A stretch of DNA of 51,245 nucleotides from Candidatus Velthaea sp. (lineage in GTDB: Bacteria > Vulcanimicrobiota > Vulcanimicrobiia > Vulcanimicrobiales > Vulcanimicrobiaceae), in NCBI GenBank assembly GCA_050012475.1, contig JBEKHC010000029.1, positions 1 through 51,245 of the forward strand. The letters run 5' to 3'. Below, in pieces: positions 42,859 to 51,245 of the stretch. The notes beneath the pieces were generated by a model, which had not been told where the DNA came from, did not search any database, and was given only the letters and a program-made list of their open reading frames with translations. Each line of letters opens with the position of its first letter. The first letter of the stretch is position 1. A program made the translations under genes and the position numbers.

Positions 42859-44118
42859 TTATCGATACGATGAAGCCGACGTGCCCATCAGCGCTAACAG
42901 GCGCTTTGCCGCCGCCAATGGGCTATACGCATTCAAGCTCCAGGCTTGACCGGCCAGCCCTATACGCTCGAATAACGACGGATCCTCGAACATCCGTTGC
43001 ATGTCCCGATCGAGATGTTCCGATGAGAGGCCGATGTAGTGCTCCCAGTTTGTCGGCATGACCGGCAGCACGGCGCCGTGCCGCGCCAAGTCCAGGTGGA
43101 TCGTGGCGCAACCCGCGGCAAGCGATTCCCAAAATCGCCAACTGTCGAACTGCGTGACGCGAGCTGTCCGAAGGTTCAGTCGCTGAATCGCGCGCTTGAA
43201 GATTCGACTGAGCAACTGTCGTTCGTCACGCGGCCACCGCGGGATGAAATAACCGCCAAAACAGGCGCTTACCGTCGAGGCTCGCAACGCCGCATAATAC
43301 CCTGATGAATGACGGCGCCCCGTCAAACGCCAGAAGTGCGCTGCGACGGAGTCGTCCATCGCGTCGTCTCGATCTTCCGTATACTGCGAGACCGGTAGAC
43401 TGTCGCCAAGACGTGACAGAAAGTTCCGATTCATGTACGCTCGCACGCCATGCGGATAGCGCATGTGCCGATAACTGACGAGCACTTGCGACGTTCGCGA
43501 GCCGTGCGGTTCGATTGGACGTACGGCCTCGATGATACGATTCGTCAAGCCAAACGCCCAAGGACGAAAGCTTGACGGGTATTCCGCGTTTCGGACAAAG
43601 TGAGAGCGCAATACAAGATCGAATGGCGGAAAGTCTGACTCTCGTGAATGTATGCGGCTGCCGTCTTCATGATCGAAATACACCGTTACCGGTCGCTCTG
43701 GCCCTTCGAAGAGCCGCTGCGGCACGGAACAACCTTCCTCGAACCAGTCGGACGTGAAGAAGGCCACGCTGCATGTGTACGGATCCACCGCCGGGTCGGC
43801 TCGAAACAGGGGTGCCGCGTTCGGCGCCGGCGGCCAATGATCGATGTTCGCGACAAACGGCAGCCCAAGTGCCGCAAGGCCCTCTGCGAGGGCGATCGCG
43901 GGATGTTCATAGCGCGTTCGGTCCGGCGTTGAACCTGGAGGCACCAAGAAGAAATAGCACGGCGCCGTGCCCGTCCGGACGGACCGCTTGCCCAGATCTA
44001 TCGGCGCAGCATACAACAGCGAGGCCCTCCACGGCTCGAGCGAAAGACGGCTATCCGACGACGAGCGATCCGCTCTGCAAATCGGTTTTGCTTGCCCGAT
44101 GTCCGCCTTAACCGGCAC
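42859..44118 (-). CDS. Hypothetical protein, probable GT-B type glycosyltransferase; start uncertain
   Basis: Long ORF in a glycan cluster; YYAALR..ACFGG, DSWRFWESLAAGC, HYIG resemble a GT-B C-terminal nucleotide-binding region. Confidence 0.65.
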   Translation of the reverse strand: MPVKADIGQAKPICRADRSSSDSRLSLEPWRASLLYAAPIDLGKRSVRTGTAPCYFFLVPPGSTPDRTRYEHPAIALAEGLAALGLPFVANIDHWPPAPNAAPLFRADPAVDPYTCSVAFFTSDWFEEGCSVPQRLFEGPERPVTVYFDHEDGSRIHSRESDFPPFDLVLRSHFVRNAEYPSSFRPWAFGLTNRIIEAVRPIEPHGSRTSQVLVSYRHMRYPHGVRAYMNRNFLSRLGDSLPVSQYTEDRDDAMDDSVAAHFWRLTGRRHSSGYYAALRASTVSACFGGYFIPRWPRDERQLLSRIFKRAIQRLNLRTARVTQFDSWRFWESLAAGCATIHLDLARHGAVLPVMPTNWEHYIGLSSEHLDRDMQRMFEDPSLFERIGLAGQAWSLNAYSPLAAAKRLLALMGTSASSYR

Positions 44119-45211
44119 CGGGTACGCCGCCCAAGCGATCGGTGGATCTCCTTCGAAGCGGACGGCTCGGCGGAGGCCCTCGTCATCATGGCGGTGTCAG
44201 TCTGAAGATGTTTCCGCACAAAACGAACAGATTGTTCGTCGTGACGCCATAAGCGCCGAAGCGGCCTTGAAGCAATCCCGACGCGGACATTCCCCTGTTG
44301 GAGCCGGCGTCGAAGTCATATAGGTCTTGCTCCGTCCAACGATTTTGGCCCGGGCGATGGAGGTGTCAACGGGATCGCCGTACCGCAGCAGATGGTGAGG
44401 TTCGGATTACCATACTGATGCATGCCGGAGAACGAGCCCTGCCCGTCAATCGCCAAGCTGCTTGGAACGCGCGAACTGCCGTCGGGGATGAGGCTGCCTG
44501 GACCGGGCCTGAGTTCAAAAACGGTGCAGCCGCAATCCAGTTAGCGGACAGGCCGGAATGGAACGGCTCAGGCTGCCCCACGGTCCGTGCCGGCCGAACG
44601 GCGGCTTCAATCGGAAGTTGCTCCCCGTCCCTGCGCCCCCACCAGCGGCAGCCGCCCCATACAAAGCATGCCCGTTGCAACCATCGGAAAGGTCGGGTAA
44701 GCAACGCGTTAACCGGCACTCGGATAATCATCAGGAGATTTGTTTGTGCACGCTCGAGTGAAACGCCGCTCGTACCGAATACCAAGCAAGGTCAGCAAGG
44801 ATTCACTATCGTTCCTTGTTGCTTCGCCGTGCAGTTGGGGCGCGACGTCGACTTGCGCCCCGCCCTACTCCCACGATCGTTTATCAGCAAAAAGTCGATT
44901 TTCCATTCCGCATGCAGTTGCCCTACACTCTTCATCCTGTCATCAACCAGCGAGCGTGCTTCCCGCACCATCGGCCGGCGTAACCGGCCGTGATCGCTCT
45001 ACTCATTCGGCAGTACAAGGATCCGGTACAACGCGAACGCGCTCTGAGCGAAGGCACAGGTCATCGACAGCGACGGCGGCGAAATGGTGGGGCGTGACCA
45101 TCGTGCCGAATCGACGCGACTCGCCACTTTTGCCCGCGCACATCCCGACCCAAGAGTCGGGAGAATGATTTCGCTTGAAGGCTCAGTGCAACAACCGTCG
45201 TAGGGTGCGCT

Positions 45212-45916
45212 TTGCTTGAAGTGACCTACGTCAAGCAGGCTGCAAGAGGCGCTCGGCAGCTACTTTTCTCCAACTTGCGGCAAGCTCGCCATACCGACCG
45301 CCGCCTCGTCGAAGATTATCTCACGCAAGCGACCGTGCGCAAACTTCATCTGGGCTGCGGGACGAACGTTCTTCCCGGCTGGTTAAACGCCGACTACTTC
45401 CCGTCTTCAGCGAAGATACTGCACCTGGATGCGACCAAACCGTTTTCTCTGCTCGCAATCGGCAGCTTCGACTACATCTTCAGCGAGCACATGATCGAGC
45501 ACATTTCGTACCTCGACGGTTCGCGAATGATCGCTGAGTGTTATCGCATCCTGCGGCTCGGGGGCAAGCTGCGTCTATCAACTCCCGACCTCTCCTTCCT
45601 CGTCGACTTGTACAAGAACGATAAATCAAAAATGCAACGCGAGTACGTCGACTGGGCATCAAAAAGAATCACGTGGGCTCCATACAACGAGGACACGTTT
45701 GTAATCAACAATTTCGTGCGCGACTGGGGTCACTGCTTCATCTATGACGAGAAGACCCTCCGCAAGTCGATGGGAAAAAGCGGCTTCACGGGGATCACAC
45801 GGTATCCTCTGGCTCTAAGCGACGACCAGGCGTTTTGCAAGCTGGAAAATGAAAAGAAGATGCCGGCGGGATTTTTGCAGCTGGAGTCGCTCACACTCGA
45901 GGGGAGTAAGTCGTAG
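45212..45916 (+). CDS. Class I SAM-dependent methyltransferase-domain protein
   Basis: LHLGCG..GWLNAD, FSEHMIEH, ECYRIL..GGKLRLSTPD. Confidence 0.88.
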   Translation: MLEVTYVKQAARGARQLLFSNLRQARHTDRRLVEDYLTQATVRKLHLGCGTNVLPGWLNADYFPSSAKILHLDATKPFSLLAIGSFDYIFSEHMIEHISYLDGSRMIAECYRILRLGGKLRLSTPDLSFLVDLYKNDKSKMQREYVDWASKRITWAPYNEDTFVINNFVRDWGHCFIYDEKTLRKSMGKSGFTGITRYPLALSDDQAFCKLENEKKMPAGFLQLESLTLEGSKS

Positions 45917-45952
45917 CCTAAGCGCGACTGCGTTGCTTAGCAAAGATGCGCC

Positions 45953-46993
45953 ATGAAGGAAGTCACCTTTGGTCACGAAGAGCGCCCCGGCGCGAACGGC
46001 GAAGAGACGCGCTGCGAAGACGCTGACCGGCCGGACGCGGCGGTCCGTCTGCGCGTAACCGTCCTCGTTCCCACCTTCAAGCGCCCGGACGATTTGGCAC
46101 GTTGCCTTGACGCTCTTTTCCTTCAAACCCGCAAACCCGACGGTGTTATCGTAGTCGTGCGCGATAGCGACGGCGACACGTCGCAGATGCTCGATGGAAT
46201 CGGCGCCGCTGCGCGCGGCATTCGCAAGGTAATTGTAAGCGCTCCCGGTCAGGTTCATGCCCTCAACGCTGGACTAGCTCGAATTCAGACGGATGTCGTC
46301 GCAATCACAGATGACGACGCTGCACCCCACGCCGACTGGGTCCAGCGCATCATGGAACACTTTGAGTCGCGCTGCGATTTGGGCGGTGTCGGCGGCCGCG
46401 ACCGGATGCACTACGGCGGCGTGCTGGTGACGGGGCGCGCTGCCGTGGTGGGGAAAACGCCGCTCATCGGTAAGCATATCGGTAATCATCACCTCGGCTT
46501 TGGAGCGCCGCGCTTTGTTCATATGCTCAAAGGCGTCAATGGCGCCTACCGAACGCGAGCCATCAGAGGCGTCGGGTTTGATACGCGTCTCCACGGCACG
46601 GGCGCCCAGGTTCATTGGGAAATTAGTTTAGGGATCGCGCTCAGACGCCGCGGGTGGAAACTGCTCTACGATCCGGCGATCCTCGTCGATCACTATTTGG
46701 GAGAGCGATTCGACGAAGACAAGCGAAACACGTTCAACTCTCTTGCTCTGACGAATATGGCGTACAACGAAACGCTCGTGCGGATGGATCAGCTGTCGCC
46801 GTTCGGGAGCATCGTGTTTCTTGTTTGGGCGATCGGCGTCGGCACACGAGTAACCCCTGGACTCGTACAATGTGTTCGATTCGCGCCGGCCGAAGGCTCT
46901 CTGGCGATCGCCAAGCTCCGTTCGGCAATCGCGGGGCGGCTCGAGGCTTGGAAAGACGCGCGCTCGACGGCGCGCCAACCTTCGGGCAGCTGA
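45953..46993 (+). CDS. GT2 glycosyltransferase
   Basis: VLVPTFKRP, ALNAGL, ITDDDA. Confidence 0.9.
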   Translation: MKEVTFGHEERPGANGEETRCEDADRPDAAVRLRVTVLVPTFKRPDDLARCLDALFLQTRKPDGVIVVVRDSDGDTSQMLDGIGAAARGIRKVIVSAPGQVHALNAGLARIQTDVVAITDDDAAPHADWVQRIMEHFESRCDLGGVGGRDRMHYGGVLVTGRAAVVGKTPLIGKHIGNHHLGFGAPRFVHMLKGVNGAYRTRAIRGVGFDTRLHGTGAQVHWEISLGIALRRRGWKLLYDPAILVDHYLGERFDEDKRNTFNSLALTNMAYNETLVRMDQLSPFGSIVFLVWAIGVGTRVTPGLVQCVRFAPAEGSLAIAKLRSAIAGRLEAWKDARSTARQPSGS

Positions 46994-47174
46994 ATCCCGC
47001 TTTTGGAGCACGACGAAGCGATCTTGCAAATTCCCGGCAGCCGTTTCGGGCGCAAATCCTGCGGACGCCGATACGTCGGAACCACGACGCTCGACGGATC
47101 GGCCTGTTCAAGAACATTCGAGCGCCCGTCTCGCCCTTGCAAGAGCAGCCGCTATCTCGCCGAAAGTGCCGGCC

Positions 47175-48266
47175 ATGCCCGTCCTGGTGACAAACGATTT
47201 TCCCCCGCAGCATGGCGGTATTCAACGCTGCATGTCACGTATCGCGCAAGAACTCGCGAGGATCGGCGGACCCGTCGTGGTCGTGGCACCGGCAAGCGCC
47301 GGCAGTTCAACCTTCGACGCCAGTCAATGCTTTCGGGTTCTTCGCTACCCGGCATTTGAAAGAGTCACCGGCCTCATGGCGATGACGCTGTGTCTGCTGC
47401 GTGCGCGGATGAAGGCCGGCGGTGATGGGACGATTGCGTCGATGTGGTTTCCCGGCGGACTTGCCGTGTGTTTCTTACCCTGTTTTCTGCGCGGGCGCTT
47501 CGGCATTCTCGCCCACGGCACCGAGATCGCCCCCAGTCGCGGCGGCTTGCGACGGCACGTCATGCGCTACGTCTTCCACCGCGCCGACGTGATCTTTGCC
47601 AACAGCTCGTTTACTCAGGAGCTTCTGGAGCGCGCGGACGTGCGAGACAATGTTCGCGTGGTGCACCTGGGCATCGATGATTCTTTCGTAACCCCCGAGC
47701 GTGCTGCCGATCCGACCATCTTATCTGTCGGCCGGCTGATCCGTCGCAAAGGGTTCGATATCGTTATCGCGGCATTGCCGGCGATCGCTGCTCGCTTTCC
47801 GAATGTCCGTTACGAGATCGTGGGCGCAGGCCCACAGCAAGCCGAGCTCGAGCAACTCGCCGACCGGCTTGATGTCCGCGGCCGCGTGCATTTTTTGGGC
47901 GCGGTCGACGATGCAGCGCTTTCCCGCGCGTACGCCCGCGCTTGGTGTTTTGCACTGCCCGTGCGCGCCATTGGCGACGATATCGAGGGCTTTGGTCTCG
48001 TCTATCTGGAGGCGGCGTTGGCCCAACTTCCGGCCATCGGCGGCCGAGGCTCCGGCGCCGAAGACGCGATTGCCGACGGCGAGACCGGCGTGCTCGTCGA
48101 CGGTTCGTCGGTTTCGGCGGTCTGCGACGCGATCGTCGCGCTACTCGGCGACCCCGCGCACGCGGCGGCACTGGGCGCCCGCGGGCGGCAGCGGGCGCTC
48201 GAACAGTTTAGCTGGCGCGAAACCGCCGCACAGATCGTACGACTGATGGCGGCGCCCAGCGTGTAA
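47175..48266 (+). CDS. GT4 glycosyltransferase (PimB-like)
   Basis: VTNDFPP..GGIQ, VGRLIRRKGFD, EGFGLVYLEA. Confidence 0.92.
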   Translation: MPVLVTNDFPPQHGGIQRCMSRIAQELARIGGPVVVVAPASAGSSTFDASQCFRVLRYPAFERVTGLMAMTLCLLRARMKAGGDGTIASMWFPGGLAVCFLPCFLRGRFGILAHGTEIAPSRGGLRRHVMRYVFHRADVIFANSSFTQELLERADVRDNVRVVHLGIDDSFVTPERAADPTILSVGRLIRRKGFDIVIAALPAIAARFPNVRYEIVGAGPQQAELEQLADRLDVRGRVHFLGAVDDAALSRAYARAWCFALPVRAIGDDIEGFGLVYLEAALAQLPAIGGRGSGAEDAIADGETGVLVDGSSVSAVCDAIVALLGDPAHAAALGARGRQRALEQFSWRETAAQIVRLMAAPSV

Positions 48267-48514
48267 TGGATTCGCTCGCGCTGCTTCGCAGAACGAGCGT
48301 CAGGCGACTGATGCGCGTACGCCGGTCAGCGCCAGAAAGCAATGCGCTGCGGGGCGAGGGCCGTAGTTCGCGATGCTCAAGGCGCGCCCGGCTGCGCCCA
48401 AGCGCGCGAAGAGATCGGCGCACGACGTTGCTCGAACGCGCGCGAGACGGCAGCAGGAGCACTATGCAAACGCGCGCTAAGGAATGCAGCCAGACCCCAC
48501 CGCAAGAGGATTCG

Positions 48515-49528
48515 ATGTCGAACGTTGCGATCGATACCGGGCGGCAATGGAGTTGCAGCATCTGCGGGAATTCTGCCGGAAATCGCGAGCATCATGCGCG
48601 CGAGATGATGTTCGGCACGCGCGAAGTCTTCTCGTACCAAGAATGCGGCAAGTGCGGATGCGTTCAGCTCGTCGACGAGATCGGCGATTTGTCGCGGCAC
48701 TATCCGGCGGACTACTATTCATTTCGCGCGCTGCCGCGCAGCCGGCTTCGCCGGCTCAAGCACTGGCTCAAAGCCGCTCGTGCTCGTCGAATTCTAACCG
48801 GACGCTCGTCGCTTGCCGGATATCTCGGCAGTATCGTCGCGCGCGGCCGTTCGGTCATCGACGACGCCTGGCTGCAGGAGGCCGTTCGACACGGACTGCA
48901 ATTCGGCTCGCGAATTCTCGACGTCGGCTGCGGAAGCGGCAAGACACTCGTCGCTCTGCAAGCCAACGGATTCCGTCAACTTTTCGGCGTCGATCCGTTC
49001 ATCCCAGAGGACGTTCGCGACGGCTCGAGTCTTTGGATCCGGCGCAGCCGGCTTGAAGATCTCCGCGACGACTTTGACTTCATCATGTTCCACCATTCGT
49101 TCGAACATATCAGCGAAGGGGAATCGCTTTTGCGAGCCGCTCGCGATCGCGTCGCTCCCGGCGGGATGATCCTCGTACGAATTCCGATCGTTGGCGAATT
49201 GTGGGACCGCTATGGAGTCGATTGGGTGCAGCTCGATGCGCCGCGTCACCTCTACATCCACAGTAAGGCCAGTTTCATCGGTGTTGCGGAGCGCTGCGGA
49301 CTGCAGACGTGCGCGATCGTCGACGACGGCGGGGCCTTTGGATTCTGGGGCAGCGAACAATATGCCCGCGACATCCCGCTTATGTCGCCCAAATCGCATT
49401 TCGTCGATCCGCAGCATTCGATGTTCGACGCCCGGGCAATCGCAAGGTTCGAGTCGGAAGCGCAAGCGCTCAACGCAGCGGGCCGAGGAGATCAAACCTG
49501 CTTCTTTCTGCGCCCGTCGAGCGAATGA
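48515..49528 (+). CDS. Class I SAM-dependent methyltransferase with N-terminal Zn-binding motif
   Basis: AGAGGA RBS; CSIC..CGKC; ILDVGCGSG; HSFEH; DAPRHL. Confidence 0.9.
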   Translation: MSNVAIDTGRQWSCSICGNSAGNREHHAREMMFGTREVFSYQECGKCGCVQLVDEIGDLSRHYPADYYSFRALPRSRLRRLKHWLKAARARRILTGRSSLAGYLGSIVARGRSVIDDAWLQEAVRHGLQFGSRILDVGCGSGKTLVALQANGFRQLFGVDPFIPEDVRDGSSLWIRRSRLEDLRDDFDFIMFHHSFEHISEGESLLRAARDRVAPGGMILVRIPIVGELWDRYGVDWVQLDAPRHLYIHSKASFIGVAERCGLQTCAIVDDGGAFGFWGSEQYARDIPLMSPKSHFVDPQHSMFDARAIARFESEAQALNAAGRGDQTCFFLRPSSE

Positions 49529-50619
49529 CGCGCACGTCCTGGGCGCCGTCGATGCGCGCTGTGTCCCCGGTGCGCGGCTCGCAACCCCGCACCCGATCGA
49601 AAATATCGATCGCGATGGCGAGCTACAACGGCGAACCCTATCTGGAAGAACAGCTCGAGAGTATTGCCGCGCAGCACGTGCTGCCGCTCGAACTCGTGAT
49701 CACCGACGACGGGTCCGTCGACGCAACCCCGCAGATCGTCGCGGCGTTTGCGCAGCGGGCTCCCTTCCCGGTCCGCTTCTTCTCCAATCCGGAGCGGCTG
49801 GGGTATGCCGACAATTTTCTGCGAGCCGTCTCGCTCTGTGCCGGCGACTTCATCGCGTTCAGCGATCAGGACGACGTTTGGCATCCGGAAAAACTCGCTC
49901 GCGTGGCGGCGGAATTTTCCGCTTCCAACTGCGATGTCGTCATCCATACCGCCGTAGTGGTCGACGCGGCCCTCGCCCCCAGCGGCCTGCTCCATCCGCG
50001 AGTGCGCAAGCGCCGCATCGTGGGACCAGGCGGATTCGACCCTTGGGTAATCGTTCCGGGAATGGCGATGACGGCCAAGCGCGAGCTGTTTACCATCGTC
50101 GACCCCGCCAATCGTCCCAACGCGCGGTTGACGCAGGACGTCGTCATCATGAAACACGACGAGTGGCTGTATTTCATCGGCACGGCGCTGGGCCGGGTGG
50201 CGCTCATCCCCGATCCGTTGGTGAAGTATCGACAGCACGGCAGCAACGCGGCCGGACCGCCTGCCGCGCTCTCGAGTAGAAGCAGAGCGCGGATGGCTCG
50301 CAGTGCGGGAGAATCCGCCTACGTGCTGCTCGCTCGACGTGCGCAAGACTACGCCGTGTTCCTGCGCGGACTGAACGTCACCCGAGAGCCGTATGCACAG
50401 CGCTTCCCGGCCTCGATCGCTTTCTACGAACGCCTTGCTCAGCGCTTGAACCTCAGATCATCGCTCTACGCCCCGAACGTCTCCGTTCGGCAGCGAGCGC
50501 TGATTTTGACGCAGCTGATTGCGGGCGGCGCGTACCGTATCGACAGAGCCGGTGCGCTCACGTTGGGGTCGCTCGCAAAAGACGCGCTCTGCGCGATCGG
50601 CTGGTTCCGCGTGCGCTGA
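49525..50619 (+). CDS. GT2 glycosyltransferase (rhamnosyltransferase-like)
   Basis: SIAMASYNGE..QLESI, DDGS.D, FSDQDDVW, HD, YRQH..N. Confidence 0.9.
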   Translation: MTRTSWAPSMRAVSPVRGSQPRTRSKISIAMASYNGEPYLEEQLESIAAQHVLPLELVITDDGSVDATPQIVAAFAQRAPFPVRFFSNPERLGYADNFLRAVSLCAGDFIAFSDQDDVWHPEKLARVAAEFSASNCDVVIHTAVVVDAALAPSGLLHPRVRKRRIVGPGGFDPWVIVPGMAMTAKRELFTIVDPANRPNARLTQDVVIMKHDEWLYFIGTALGRVALIPDPLVKYRQHGSNAAGPPAALSSRSRARMARSAGESAYVLLARRAQDYAVFLRGLNVTREPYAQRFPASIAFYERLAQRLNLRSSLYAPNVSVRQRALILTQLIAGGAYRIDRAGALTLGSLAKDALCAIGWFRVR

Positions 50620-50769
50620 CCGTACGGACTGTGACGCGAACTGCTTCTTTTGGAAAACCGCGTGCAAACTTAACGAACCATAGTTGCTAGGCCGACAACC
50701 TAAGCAAGCTCGGAGCGTACGTGCTCCCGCTTTGCTGCTTTGTCGCTCGATGCATAAAGGTCCGTCTCG

Positions 50770-51245
50770 ATGTCTAGCCTCCGTCCCAACCGGCCCGTGG
50801 GAAGAAAACCCGCAGGGCTCGCTCCCATCAGCTTCCTCCTCCTTGGATCGCTCGCTTTCGCCGGTTGCGGGGGCGGCGGTTCCACCAGCGCAGTGAGTTC
50901 CATCCCCGTTACTTCCAGCCGCGCCACTGCAGCAAACAGCGCTTTGAAGCGTACCGCTTCCGCTTCGACCGTTACCGCAAACTACGACGCCACGGTCCTG
51001 GCTGACAGTCCGGCAGCGTTCTATCGGCTCAACGATTCCGCGAGTCCGCTTACCGATGCGACGGCCAACGGCCTGAGCGGTACCTACGGCTCCGCGATTA
51101 CGCTGGGCGTGAGCGGGCTCACCTCCGCGAACTACACGGCGGCGGCATTTCCCGGCGGGGACTACGATCCGTCGCGCGCTGCAACCGTCATGCCGAACGC
51201 GCTTTTACAGCCGCCGGTCGTTTCGGTCGATGCTTGGATCGCTCC
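50770..51245 (+). CDS. Lipoprotein with LamG-like jelly-roll domain (partial, runs off window)
   Basis: Own translation: lipobox LAFAG-C-GGGG, S/T/A linker, YDATVLADSPAAFYRLND...GTY...SVDAWI. Confidence 0.8.
   Translation, partial: MSSLRPNRPVGRKPAGLAPISFLLLGSLAFAGCGGGGSTSAVSSIPVTSSRATAANSALKRTASASTVTANYDATVLADSPAAFYRLNDSASPLTDATANGLSGTYGSAITLGVSGLTSANYTAAAFPGGDYDPSRAATVMPNALLQPPVVSVDAWIA

Overview
High-GC bacterial chromosome segment. The lineage is probably Eremiobacterota/Vulcanimicrobiota-like; this is inferred from the style of the accessory proteins and is not verified. The minus strand carries the str operon (rpsL-rpsG-fusA-tuf-rpsJ) and the S10/spc cluster (rplC to rpsE). rpsJ and rplC are separated by about 15.5 kb of unrelated genes, and rplC has its own near-consensus sigma70 promoter and a structured leader. 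The intervening block holds nadA-nadB-nadC with a NadQ box, a nadQ regulator 4.8 kb away, a decayed ABC solute-binding gene, a TonB-C protein paired with an XRE-ATPase-TPR regulator, phaC plus a MaoC-Pta fusion, gcdH and a GntR regulator. Divergent from rpsL is a tightly coupled six-gene amino-sugar/glycolipid operon. It is followed by an Xre/MbcA-RES toxin-antitoxin islet bracketed by a diverged, internally deleted copy of the operon's 3' end. Then come a metallophosphoesterase, a lower-GC glycosyltransferase/methyltransferase cluster, and the start of a LamG lipoprotein gene. The most notable non-coding signal is a small structured element (stem-GAAG-hairpin-TGA-stem-AACGA) present in three covarying copies in ribosomal-operon spacers, one of them fused to the rpsJ stop codon. 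No rRNA, tRNA, CRISPR array, transposase or integrase was seen.
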